In this document: piece after piece, positions 27,511 through 40,870 of the stretch
How the letters are laid out: every line of letters begins with the position of its first letter
Position numbering within the stretch: position 1 is the first letter of the stretch
Origin: Octopus vulgaris
Taxonomy: Eukaryota
Direction: 5' to 3'
NCBI GenBank assembly: GCA_951406725.2
Contig: OX597823.1
Coordinates: 115,382,001-115,446,000, forward strand
DNA: 64,000 bases
Program-made: the position numbers and the translations under genes
Notes under the pieces: model-generated
The model's input: the letters and a program-made list of their open reading frames with translations, nothing else
What the model was told of the DNA's origin: nothing
Database searches by the model: none

Positions 27511-28805
27511 GATGGCCCTGCCCGATCTGTAGAAAAGGTGTAGGTAGAAACTCTATAAGATGTACCCAGTGTAAGCTATGGACACATAAGAGGTGCAGCA
27601 ATGTCAAAGGTAGGCTAACTGGGAAGATAGTTTTTGTATGTGGCAGATGCTCGGGAGCATTAATCTCCGAAAATCTGCAGAAAACAACTTCCGTCACTTT
27701 CCAGGGGGAAAAACTAGAAGTAGTTGATAGCTTCTGTTATCTAGGTGACCAAGTCAGTAGTGGGGGTGGGTGCGCTGAAAGTGTAACTGCTAGAATAAGA
27801 ATAGCCTGGGCAAAGTTTAGGGAGCTCTTACCTCTGCTAGTGACTAAAGGCCTCTCGCTCAGAGTAAAAGGCAGACTGTATGATGCATGTGTACGAACAG
27901 CCATGCTACATGGCAGTGAAACATGGGCCGTGACTGCTGAGGACATGCGTAAGCTCGTGAGGAATGAAGCAAGTATGCTCCGATGGATGTGTAATGTCAG
28001 TGTACATACTCGACAGAGCGTTAGTACCTTGAGAGAAATGTTGTACCTAAGAAGCATCAGTTGTGGTGTGCAAGAGAGACGATTGTGCTGGTGTGGTCAT
28101 GTGGCGAGAATGGATGAAGATAGGTGTGTGAGAAAGTGCCAATCCCTAGCAGTTGAGGGAACCCGTGGAAGAGGTAGACCCAGGAAAACCTGGGATGAGG
28201 TGGTGAAGCACGACCTTCGAACTTTAGGCCTCACTGAGGAAATGACCAGCGACTGAGACCTTTGGACATATGCTGTACGTGAGAAGACCAGTCAGGACAA
28301 GTGAGCCCAGCCCACTTATGCATGCCTTTCCTCCCTTGGACACAAAGACCTGTTGAGGCAAGCGAAGTCGATATAGAACCTCATCCGACGACAGGCACCC
28401 ATGCCAACCCCCTTTACTTGCGAAGACATGTTGGGGCAAGCGAAATCGAAATCGGAATCGAATTGAACCAGCCAGGATCCCTGGTCTGGTGGTACGTAAA
28501 AAGCACTATCCGACTCGTGGCCGATGCCAGCGCCACCTCGACTGGCTTCCGTGCCGGTGGCACGTAAGATACACAAATCCGACCGTGGCCGTTGCCAGCC
28601 TCGCCTGGCACCTTTGCAGGTGGCACGTAAAAAGCACCCACTACACTCACAGAGTGGTTGGCATTAGGAAGGGCATCCAGCTGTAGAAACATTGCCAGAT
28701 AAGACTGGAGCCTGGTGCAGCCTTCTGGCTTCCCAGATTCCCGGTCGAACCGTCCAACCCATGCTAGCATGGAGAACGGACTTTAAACGATGGTGATGAT
28801 GATGA
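27511..28805 (+). mobile_element. RTE-clade LINE, 5'-truncated: Cys-rich segment, C-terminal ORF and full 3' UTR
   Basis: CTQCKLWTHKRCS...CGRC; LEVVDSFCYLGD; RIRIAWAKFREL; LYDACVRTAMLHGSETW; RGRGRPRKTW; (GAT)n tail. Confidence 0.92.
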
Positions 28806-29071
28806 TATATATATATATATATTTAAGCAGTTGAATGAATTATCCTAGTATGGATAATTCAGTTAACCGATACCCGGGTAGCAAATTCACGTCAGAAAAC
28901 ACGGTTGAAGCTACATGCCAAGGGCAGAGATCACGTGCTTTCGTGTGGAAATTTGTGTTTTTTTTAATATAAATTATTCCTTATTCCTTCGAAATTAGGA
29001 ATATGCAGGCTTCGAAACATATGTCGAGATTAAAGGAATTTTGTTAAATCGTCATTCGACTCCATTCTTTC

Positions 29072-29108
<37 letters not shown>

Positions 29109-29563
29109 TATACATATACATATATATATACATATACATATATATACATATACATATATATATACATATATATACATATACATATACATATATATATACA
29201 TATACATATATATATACATACATATATATATATACATATATATACATATACAAATATATGCATATATATATACATATACGAATATATATGCATATATATA
29301 TACATATACGAATATATATGCATACATATATACATACATATATACATACATATACAAATATATGCATATATATATACATATACGAATATATATGCATATA
29401 TATATACATATACGAATATATATGCATACATATATACATACATATATACATACATATACATATATATATATATATATACATATACATAAATATACATATA
29501 CATATATATACATATATATATATATATATACATATATATACATATACATAAATATACATATAC

Positions 29564-29608
<45 letters not shown>

Positions 29609-30371
29609 CAAATATATATACATATATATATACATATATATAAATACATACACACATACATATATATACATATATATACATATACACATATATATACACA
29701 CATATATATATATACATATATATACATATACACATATATATACACACACATATATATATATATATATACATACATATATCCAGATGTATATATGCAGATG
29801 TATACAAATGTGTATATACATATCCACATATATATACATGCATATAACCTTAGGTATACATGTATATATATATATATAAACATATGTATATACATGCATA
29901 TATCCATATATTTGTATGTATATATACACATGCTATTAAGTTAGACATGGCCTGGACCAATCTTTGGTCGAAACATATCTACGTTTATCTAAGTTCATAC
30001 ATGCATATACATATATAATTCTATATATATATATATATAATATCTATATACCTGCATACATCTATATATATATACATACATATATCCATATATATATATA
30101 TAATAAAGATCTTTTAAATTGCATTTTCAAACCTTCTTTCGCATATATATATATATATAAACACATATCCATATAAATATTTATATATACCTACACATAT
30201 TTATACATACAAATACATACATACAAATACATATATATATGAATATATATATTTTTATACATATATATATATGACTATGTACATACATATATATACATAT
30301 GCACATGTATATACATATACAGATATATATATATATACACACACTTACACACGTATATACATATACAGATA

Positions 30372-30668
30372 ATAATAATAAACATTGTGTACAGTGCTCA
30401 GGTGCACTACAACTCATCTAAAGTGCATATATAATCAGGTGTAGTTTCGACGGATTTCGGAAAGCATGAGGGCCTTAAAGGATGCAGTGTCATGGCAGTC
30501 AACAACTGACGCAGGCAGTTTATTCCATGCTTCAGCAACTCTGAGCGTGAAGAAATGTTTCCGAAAGTCATGGGAGCTGTGTTGTTTTCTGACTTTGTAG
30601 GCATGTCCACGTGTGTTAGACACATGGAGATCAAAAAGGTGTTCAGTGTTGTTATTGGCCTCCGTGCT
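30372..30668 (-). mobile_element. CR1-group LINE 3' end
   Basis: NTRGHAYKVRKQHSSHDFRKHFFTLRVAEAWNKLPASVV...FK, then AATAAA-like tail region. Confidence 0.85.
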
Positions 30669-31098
30669 GTGGGCACGTAACAAACACCGTCCGAGCGTGG
30701 CCATCTGCCAGCCTCGTCTGGCACCTGTGTCGGTGGCACATAAAATACACCATCTGAGCGTGGCCGTCTGCCAGCCTCGTCTGGCACCTGTGTCTGTGGC
30801 ACATAAAAACACCATCCGAGCGTGGCCGTCTGCCAGCCTCATCTGGCACCTGTGTCGGTGGCACATAAAAACACCATCCGAGCGTGGCCGTTCGCCAGCC
30901 TCGTCTGGCACCTGTGTCGGTGGCACATAAAATCACCCACTACACTCTCGGAGTGGTTGGCGTTAGGAAGGGCATCCAGCTGTAGAAACACTGCCAGATC
31001 TGACTGGCCTGGTGCAGCCTTCGGGCTCCCCAGACCCCAGTTGAACCGTCCAACCCATGCTAGCATGGAAAGCGGACGTTAAACGATGATGATGATGA
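30669..31098 (+). mobile_element. RTE 3' UTR with four tandem ~62-bp units
   Basis: Units start at 30685, 30748, 30810 and 30872 (CACCATCCGAGCGTGGCC...GGTGGCACATAAAA). Confidence 0.88.
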
Positions 31099-31165
31099 TA
31101 CATATATGCACATATATACACACACACATAGATATACATATGTATAAATATAAATACATATGCAT

Positions 31166-31202
<37 letters not shown>

Positions 31203-31213
31203 CATACACATGT

Positions 31214-31244
<31 letters not shown>

Positions 31245-31956
31245 CATTTATATACATACATAGATACACACATACATACACACACACATATATATCTACA
31301 TATATACATATGTATATATACATATTTATATACATAATTATATATACATATTTATATACATATATACCTAATATATACACATATAGATACATACATATAT
31401 ATATATATATGCATATACATAGACATGCATATATATACATACGTATATATACATTTTTATATTCTTATATACATACTTATATATACAAATTGATATACAT
31501 ATATACATAATATATACACATATACATACACATATATATGCAGATACATAGACATGCATATATATATACATACATATATACAAATACATATTTATATATA
31601 CAATAAAATGAATATATGTATGTACACATATGTAAGTATACATACAATATCATGCCTATGAATATACAAATATATATACACCCACATGTCCATATACACA
31701 CGCACATATATAAATACATACACATATACATATATAGAATAACATACATATATACATATATACACATATAATGATGTATATATATATACACACATATATA
31801 TATAAATAGCAGTCTCTGTTTTTGCATGGCTAAAATTTATATTCCATGCTTTAACCTTTTTTTAGTTCCAACAGTCTTATACCAAATTACTTTCCAGCCA
31901 AGTACAACACTGAAAAATATTTATAAAGACATACATACACGCACACACACGCACAC

Positions 31957-31992
<36 letters not shown>

Positions 31993-32466
31993 GCATGCAC
32001 GCGTGTGTAGGGGCAGGCGTGGTTTTGTGGTAAAAAGTTTGCTTTCCAACCAGTTGATTCTGGGTTCAGCCCCACTGCGTGGCATCATTGGGAAGTGTCA
32101 GACCAAAGCCTTGTGAATGGATTTGGTAGAAAGTGAAAAATCTCATCATATACGTGTGTGTGTATATGTGTGTGTGTGTGTGTATGTGTGTGTGTGTGTG
32201 TTGCTCCAGCATCGCCGCAGCCTAAAGGCTGAAACGTATAAAAGAATATATACAAACAGAGCAAAAGAACACACGAAGACGGGAAGTGTCGCTGAAGAGG
32301 TCACAGATGTGTGACGAAAGATTCACGGACAATGGACATGAATTAGGATAAGATCAGTGATAAACGAGTGAAGAATGAATTACTGCGTGTGTTTATTTGC
32401 CAAAAAAAAAAAAAAAGGAAATGACTGTCCCGAAATACCGAACGCGCACACACAGACATACACAGG

Positions 32467-32685
32467 ACAAGGGGTGCTGAATAGTTCCTGGCTTTGGGTA
32501 GAAGACGCAGGAGGATCAGTCAATTATGATTTTAGTCGACATATTCCCCTTTCAGATTCACACTCTTATTGCAATGGTTCTTTCAGCTTTTCGAAGCCCT
32601 GTAATAGAACTCGGAGGGTTGGGCCCCTGGGCCAGGCCTTTCGCAACACTCTTAAAGCCAGGAACTGTTCAGCACCCACCTCATA
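32467..32685. mobile_element. Mariner-type MITE
   Basis: TIRs GGGTGCTGAATAGTTCCTGGCTTT / AAAGCCAGGAACTGTTCAGCACCC; partial copy at about 61142-61261. Confidence 0.8.
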
Positions 32686-33781
32686 TATATAGACATAAAT
32701 GTATGCCGTGGCTTATTGTCCCCTCCCCGACTAGTTGACAACTGGTATTCGTTTGTTTATGACCACCGTAGCGGCTGGGCCCTAAAGATCGATAGAATAA
32801 TAAGCACAAAGCTTAAAAATAAAATAAATACTGGTACCGATTCGCTCGACTAAAAATTCAGGGCTGCGCCCTCGCCATGGAACCACACACGCACACATAT
32901 ATATATACCCACATATGTATACATAGATATCACACACTCATGTCGCTCCCTACATCTCATGCGCTAGTCACATGTATACAGATATATTTCGCTTGCAGTC
33001 TAGATTTCCACATATACCCCTTACACGTTTTACTACCATCAATATGTATGTATATATATATACACACATCAGTAGTGTTATCAATATGTATATACACACA
33101 TGAGCTTAACTATCTGTATATGAATACACACTCTTACTGCTCGTATGCGTTAGCTATCAGTATGTGGAGACATCAATGAATCAATCCGCATTTTCATTAA
33201 CAGGGTTCTTACAAAGCGTGTGTGTGTGTCTGTGTGTCTGTGTGTGTAAATACAAATGTCAAGTGTCTCTTTATTATCCTTATTGTACATATATACACAC
33301 CGCATGTGTATTGAATCGAATGGAGGTGGAAGTAAATTGTGATTGTCAGTCTCATCGTTGAAAACTCCGTCGTTCACCAACCGACTGGAACACTGCGTAA
33401 CAGACCGACAAAACAGGGAGCCCCGTGAATTACAGGTACCACCCATCCGATAGAGTCCCACACAGCTTTCTGTATCCCCAACTTCACTCACAAAGCTTGG
33501 GTAGATGTGAGGTAGTAGTATCAAAAGACACCGATGTGGGATCGAACCTAGAGCAGTGTTACTGAGTGAAACTTGGGGAAAACAGAAACTGAACGGAAGC
33601 CTACCGCTCTGAAGCCGATACAGAACGGTTTGCTGCTGTATAGGAATATATACGCACGCACATCAGTCTCTCCATATCTATAATTTATACACACACACAT
33701 ATTTCTCATACTATCCGTAGTTTATGCTCACAGATTCAGGACCTTTTTTGCTCCCATCCTATATATGCAGATACATAGTCA

Positions 33782-33835
<54 letters not shown>

Positions 33836-34333
33836 CATATTTATATATACAATAAAATAAATATATATAGATGTACACATATGTAAATATACATACAATA
33901 TCATGCCTATGAATATACAAATATATACACACCCACATGTGTATATACACACACATATATATAAATATATTCACATATACATATATAGAATAACTTAGAT
34001 ATATACATATGTATATACATATATACGCATATTTATTGATAGGCAGAGATATCTTGTACGCATATAAACACATACTATCCTATCACTCGCCTAATAAATA
34101 TGCACACATCCAACATCGACTCTCTCGCCTCGTCTGCTCTACTCTCTCTTTCTCTCTCTCTCTCTACATTCTTCGTATTTGCTCTGTATTTCCATCACAT
34201 TCTTCATTACTCCATGATCTCCACCGATACCCATATATATTTCTCTCTGGTACACACACACACACACTACACATTTTTTGTTTTTTTTCCTGTCTTCGAA
34301 GGACAATCGTACCCGCATAGCGGAGACTTTGCG

Positions 34334-34439
34334 TTCCTGGAAACCTAGCCGTAACGCGATAACTGTTTTCCATTGTCTTCCATATTAAATGGAAGCCGAA
34401 TGGAAAATAGGATTCTCGTTACAGCAAGATTTCCAAGAA
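34334..34439 (-). other. Imperfect ~106-nt hairpin (candidate structured RNA)
   Basis: 40-nt arms match at about 31/40 positions, plus inner stem CTTCCAT/ATGGAAG; most transition mismatches become G-U pairs on the - strand. Confidence 0.5.
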
Positions 34440-34532
34440 TTAATGCTTGAAAATCGTGTTTCCGAACGCGGAAGATCATAATTATACACACAGACAATTT
34501 AATTCAAGAAGCACTCAACACATAATGGTAGA

Positions 34533-34593
<61 letters not shown>

Positions 34594-35335
34594 TGTATGT
34601 ATACATGCAATTTTTACTACCCATATGTATACATGCACACACATTGCTTAGTATTTATATATGCACAAAAAGACAGATCTATCACCCTTTCTCCCCCCCA
34701 CACACACACACGTGTGTGAGGCACCATAACTCCGGCACACAATCCCTATTACACACACACACACACACACACAACTGCAAGTATTTCTCCTCGCTTACAC
34801 AAACCCCATTTTATTTATATATATACACCCATACACACAATCACACATACACACGTGTGTGTGCAGATGAGAGCAAGCCAAGCGACCACCGTCCATTATC
34901 ATCTTCCATCCAGCTTCAATCTCCTCTTCACGGTGCTCTAATTCTCTCCAGCCGCATTCAATGGCCAAGCCTACTTCTACTATCACTTTCGCTTTGATAT
35001 TCAACAACTCTCTTTCAACAAGAGAGCTGTTGACTAATAATAATAATAATAACAATAATAATAATACTAATAACAATAAAAATAATAATAATAAAAATGA
35101 TAAAAATGATAATAATAAAAATGATAAAAATGATAATAACAAGCGAATGGTAGAAAGAAATTTGCAGCGGAAAATATAACAATGAAAAACAAAACACACA
35201 CGCACAACCTCACACATATGTATGTGCTCGCTCGAACTGCTAGAAATAACAAACAAATCTGCCTCGAAAACTGTGACAATAAATAAAAGGGGGGAAAAAA
35301 GAGCAAAAAAATGGAAAATGTAGACTAATGCTGAA

Positions 35336-35369
<34 letters not shown>

Positions 35370-35519
35370 GTAATAATAGTAGAACCGGGATGGCACGGTT
35401 AGAACGCATCTGATCATAGGTTTGGCAACACAGATGTACATCTTAGACACATCACAAATGACAGAATCTGGTTGGGCTTTTAACCATTTCCAAGCTATTA
35501 TATATACATATACATACAT

Positions 35520-35567
<48 letters not shown>

Positions 35568-35850
35568 GTATACGCACTTTCTTTTTTCCATTGAAAAACT
35601 TAAAAAGCATTCATTCCGCATTTCCCAGCAGACGAAGAACAGAATTAAAAGAGCGAAGAAGAGAACACTATACACACACACACACACACACATCATTGTT
35701 TATTTAGACATTGATGATGTAATTGATGCAAATCGATCTGCATATATTGATAGATCTTAACTAATACATACCATGTAGAGAATAGCACCAATAAAAGAAC
35801 AATTCTTCATTATTATTATGAGCAAATAAGGCTATTTATTTCGAATAAGG

Positions 35851-35923
<73 letters not shown>

Positions 35924-36089
35924 GAAAGGGAACTGCTTTTCAATATTAGAAAGCAATATCATAAATTTGAATTTATTAGGAATCAGAAAATAAGAATGGG
36001 ATATTCAGTGTGTGTGTGTGTGTGTGTGAACCTTCTCCCTTTCTCTCTCTCTCAATTCATTTATATATGTATGTGTATATATACATGTG

Positions 36090-36258
36090 TGTTGGATGGT
36101 TAGTGAGTATATATAAGTGGCTACCTCGGTGTTTCTCTTTCCCTGATGATTGAGGAGAGGGAAACGAATAAACTCCGAGTTAACCACGACTCTGTCTCAC
36201 CATAAGGAACCACTTCATTTGCAAAGAACTGTGGCAAAGTGACATCACCAACCCAATA
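36090..36258 (+). mobile_element. Candidate solo LTR
   Basis: Imperfect inverted ends TGTTGGATGGT / ACCAACCCAATA, internal TATATAAG then AATAAA; embedded in microsatellite. Confidence 0.4.
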
Positions 36259-36336
36259 TATACACACACATACACATATATATATATATACATATATATA
36301 CATATATATGTATATATATATATGTGCGTGTGTGTG

Positions 36337-36368
<32 letters not shown>

Positions 36369-36589
36369 CATATATATATACATATATATATAAATATACA
36401 TATATATATATACACACATACATATATATATATATACATATATACATATACACATATATATATACACACATATATATATACACATATATACATATAAACA
36501 TATATATATATACACATATATACATATACACATATATATATACACACATATATATATACACATATATATATATACACATATATATACAC

Positions 36590-36620
<31 letters not shown>

Positions 36621-36639
36621 CACATATATATGTATACAC

Positions 36640-36670
<31 letters not shown>

Positions 36671-36745
36671 CACATATATACACACACACACATATATGCA
36701 TGTATATATATATATATATATATCTAATTCTCTCACCCTTATTAA

Positions 36746-36790
<45 letters not shown>

Positions 36791-37320
36791 TGTGTGTGAG
36801 AGAGAGACATAGAGATTATATGAGAAAGAGGAGCACAAGCTCTTGGGCATTGTGTATATTATATTTGCGTGTGCCAATAAACGAATGAAATTGAATTAAA
36901 GAGAAAGAAAAGGTGTAAATAAATGGACAAAAGTGAAACTGATAGTAAAAGTACTTACGAATCTGGTGACACCTCTATTGACGCAGTCAGAGTTTGAAAC
37001 CGTGAAGACCATAATAACGTTTCAGTAATGTAAAAGTGTGCAGAGAGACAGATATTTCAGTGAATTTCTTAGATAATCTTCTCGAGTAATTAAGAGTTTA
37101 ATAATGGGTTTAAGATAATTAGTTCAATTGAGAGAATTAAACATTATATGTGTGTGTGTGTGTGTGGGAAATATATTTTTCTTTGTTTGTTTTTTTTGTG
37201 TGTGTGTGAATGAATGAATGTATAAAATATAGATAAATGTGTGTGTATGTGTTTGTTTGTTGGTGTTGTTGTTTAAAAAAATAAATAGCTAGATAAGTAA
37301 AGAGGCGACGATAAAAATAA

Positions 37321-37840
37321 TCTTCTCCCTTCACTCGCTTTCTTCTTATCTAAGTGGAAACACTGATGCATTGTGGGACAAAGTATGGCGGACAGGCGGG
37401 ATTCAGGTTTGTTTACATTTCATTTGTATTTGTGTCGTCTGCCAATGCTTTTTTCGTGCACCGTCAAGTACATTTACTATATCTCGTGTAAACTATGATT
37501 CTGATAAAAAAATTTAGCTTTGAAGTTTGTATCCTGAAATAATCATTCTCTTTCAGTATTTTTTTTTATAATTTGGTAAAGGTATTTTTTTTGTTTGTTC
37601 CTTTTTGCTATAGAGAAAAATGTAACGGAATATTTTTAAATGTTCGTTCGTTTCTCTTGCTTTTTATTGATTTCGTTTTAGCGAGTTACATGAAATTTAT
37701 GTACTGCTATCTTTTTCATTGAATTTCATAAACGTTATTTGCCTTATATTGACACAGTTCTCAAGTTTGCTATTTTGTTTATAATTTCACTCGCTTAACA
37801 ACGTCGCCGCCATTGTTATTGTTGCTATGGCAACCGAACC
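37321..37840 (+). promoter_or_regulatory. Promoter/first-exon region: ZNF143(Staf)-like site, YY1-like sites, RFX X-box
   Basis: TGCATTGTGGGA (37367-37378), AAGTATGGCGG (37381-37391), CAG|GTTTGT donor (37406/37407), CGCCGCCATTGTT (37805-37817), GTTGCTATGGCAAC (37821-37834); CpG retained in unique sequence. Confidence 0.7.
37385..37406 (+). CDS. Putative first micro-exon ORF (MADRRDS, phase 1); may be non-coding or a short ORF
   Basis: ATG in promoter-like context followed 22 nt later by a GT donor and T-rich intron; product not recognised. Confidence 0.35.
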
Positions 37841-39108
37841 TTCATTTTAGTTGAACTTTTTGTTTTATGTTTTCTATCGATTAAGAGTGCTGATACCGGC
37901 TATTTTAATTTTTTCATATTCTTCCGATCAATTTTTCATATCCCTAATTTTCTTCTTCGAAACTTTAATTATTTTAATCAGCATTGCTGTAAAATAAAAT
38001 TTTTTAAATGTAGAAAGTTTGAATTTTGTAAGGAAAGGTCAGAGGAAATAATTTCGTATCTTGGTTTAAAGAAGGCTTTGACTGGAGGTATTCAATGGTG
38101 TACTTAGTTACGTCCTTTTATGTTCTGAGTTCAAATCCCACTGATCGCTTTTCTTTTTCATTCTTCGTAGATTGATTAAATACAGAACTGAGGTCAGAAA
38201 AATCGATTATATTCTTTTACCAAAAGATGCGGTCTGCTGTTTCATTTTAAAATATTCATTTCCAAATCAATGTATCTATTTATTTAGCTAAAGAAAATGT
38301 TCGATATGATTTGTAATGACACCTTTGTAATATGTACAACAAATCTTTTTTATATTTTATTTCACAATGTAAGTCTAAAGTGAAGACATGGGAGGAATAG
38401 TTAGAACGGTTTGACCATAAATATGACAAGATGGTCTTTTAACACTGCCTCGGGGACTCACTTCTTAAGGAGATGAATCTGTCCACAGTCTGTTTCATCG
38501 ACCCCGGTACTTTACCATGACGGAAGCCTGTATACAGCCACTCAACCAGAAACAACAGATCCACTCAAATAAGAGTTTACTATCTTAAATAAACAATAAT
38601 ATATTGGACAATATGGTAACTGATCTCTAAAGAAAAGCAGGATTATCATAGGTGGAATGGCTTTTATAATGGATCTTCAATGAAGGCTTAATTTGGAGTT
38701 AGAATGAATGTAAAATTGACTCCTGTGGGATCTGATCTCAGACTGTAATGGACATAACAAACTTTTTTCAGTTTGACGTACCTGGTACAAATTCATTGAA
38801 GATTTCTACACTTGTGCTGTTTCGCATGTCAAATTATAAAAATCACAATTCCTTTGAGGAGAAATTTATAATTCTAGGAACAAGGCCTGAAGTTTTAGGG
38901 TTGAGTGGCTATATATATTACATTGACTCCAGTACTTGGCTGATACTTTATTTTATCAACCTCAGCACGTAACTGGTACTTAATTTACCAACCCCGATGA
39001 AAGACAAAGTTGAATTTGAACTCAGAATGTAAAGACAGATGAAATACTGCTCAGCATTTTACCCGACATGCTAACATTTCTGCCAGATTGCTGCCTTTCA
39101 TCAGATCG

Positions 39109-39487
39109 TTATTGCCTCTGCCTTAGCGAAGGCTGAAGTATTGTTTACAGTCGTGTTTGTTTCTTTGTTTGTCCGTGGAAAGATATCTCAAGAACCGCTG
39201 GATGGATTCAGATGAAACTTTCAGGGATGTTTGGCCTCATAACTGACTCAAACTGATTAGATTTTGGGATCGATCCAATTCTGGACAAAGAATCTAGATT
39301 ATTTTTCCTGTTTTTTTTTTTTACTAAATTTTTTAGAGTAGTTGGGTTAATTTTTTAGTATTCTCGTTTGTGAGAGCCGTCAAGTTTATTTCAGATATTC
39401 TCATTTTAAAAATCATCTCCAGCTAATTGTTGAGAGGACATTGGTGTTACCTTTGCCGAGGTTTGTGCTCTCTGAGTGCTCTCGTTA
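39109..39487 (+). mobile_element. Helentron-associated (HINE/DINE-like) non-autonomous element
   Basis: 5' TATTGCCTCTGCC...AGGC hairpin, (TTTG)n-type tract, 3' GCCGAGGTTTGTGCTCTCTGAGTGCTC; typical layout of this group. Confidence 0.6.
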
Positions 39488-39499
39488 TTATTATTATTA

Positions 39500-40870
39500 A
39501 GGTGGCGAGCTGGCAGAACCGTTAGCACACCGGGCGAAATGCTTAGCAGTATTTCGTCTGCTACTACGTTCTGAGTTCAAATTCTGCCGAGGTCGACTTT
39601 GCCTTTCATCTTTTCGGGGTCGATTAAATATGTACCAGTTACGCACTGGGGTCGATATAATCGACTTAATCCCTTTGTCTGTCCTTGTTTGTTCTCTCTA
39701 TGTTTAGCCCCTTGTGGGCAATAAAGAGATAAGAATTTCGCCTGTCTTTACATTCTGAGTTCAAATTCTGCTAAGGTCAACTTAACCTTTCATTTATTCA
39801 GTGGATTAATAAATTAAGTACCAGTGAAACACTGGTACCAAACTTTCATACTTTTATTATTAAGGTGGTGAGCTGACAGAACCATAAGCACGATAGATAA
39901 AATGCTTAGTGACTTTCTGAGCTCAAATTCCACTGAGGTCAACTTTGCCTTCAACCCATTTAAGATCAATAAAATAAGAACTGTGATTGATTAAATGTAA
40001 TCAACTTCCGCCATCTGTAATAGAATCATGCCAGAAAAACTACTTATAAGCAATTTTTCTGATTCGTTAGATGCTGGATTGACTTTGCCTTACATCCTTT
40101 TGGGGTTGATGAAATAAGCACCAGTTATTGTAGCTGACTTTCCTCCTCTCCCTAATCTCAGATTTTGTACCTATAGTAGAAAAGATTGTTTGTTCCTTCT
40201 CAAGCCATGCTTGGCTCATAAGGGCTGGTTTCCCGGTTTCCTTGGTGTATAGGTTGCCCACCTGGACGGGACGTCGGTCCATCGCAGGTGAGCTGCAAGA
40301 TGCAGGAGGAAAGAGTGAAAGTTGTGGCGAAAGACTCAGCAGAAGTTCACCGCTACCTTCTGCCGGAGTAGCGTATAGCTTAGGTGTTTCGCTCATAAAC
40401 ACGCACATTGCTCGGTCTGAGATTCGAACCCGCGATCCCTCGACTGCGAGTCCGATGCTCTAACCACTAGGCCATGTGCCTCCACAGTGGAAAAGATTAC
40501 TTTCACCATTATTATATAAGGTGGTAAACTGGCAGAATTGTTAGCATATCAGGCAAAATGGTTAGTAGCATTTTGTCCATTTGCACATTCTGAGTTCAAA
40601 TTCCACCAAGGTGGACTTTGCCTTTCATCCTTTCAAGGTCGATAAATTAAGTACCAGTGCAACACTGGGATTGGTGCAATCAACTAGTCTTCTTCCACAA
40701 AATTTCAGGCCTTGCGCCTTTAGTAGAAAGGATTATTATTCAGGTTGTGAGCTGGCAGAATCATTAGCACACCAGACAAAATACTCTGTGGCATTTCTTT
40801 TGGTTTTAAATTCTGAGTTCAAATTCTGCTGAGATCAACTTTGTCTTTCATCATTTTTGGGAGTCAATAA
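39500..40870 (+). mobile_element. Cluster of tRNA-derived SINEs with Nin/Deu-like central domain
   Basis: Heads GGYGGYGAGCTGGCAGAA, B box GAGTTCAAATTC, core GACTTTGCCTTTCATCCTTTCGGGGTCGAT...AAGTACCAG. Other copies at 41295-41527 (-, TSD CAATGCTAATATCT) and 59373-59600. Confidence 0.85.

Noticed and set aside
30685-30935. Regular repeats resembling a CRISPR array (also SINE arrays at 54.4-56.8 kb)
   Set aside because: No unique spacers and no cas genes; eukaryotic retroelement sequence.
34961-35179. Asn-rich ORF and antisense poly-Leu ORF
   Set aside because: Produced by (AAT)n microsatellites.
36143-36185. CTGATGA...GAAAC motif
   Set aside because: No helix II or helix I pairing; CTGATGA sits in the loop of an unrelated hairpin.
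40410-40485. tRNA-like sequences with A/B boxes (also 21538, 49157, 59630)
   Set aside because: No complete acceptor stem and continuous with SINE bodies; these are SINE heads, not tRNA genes.
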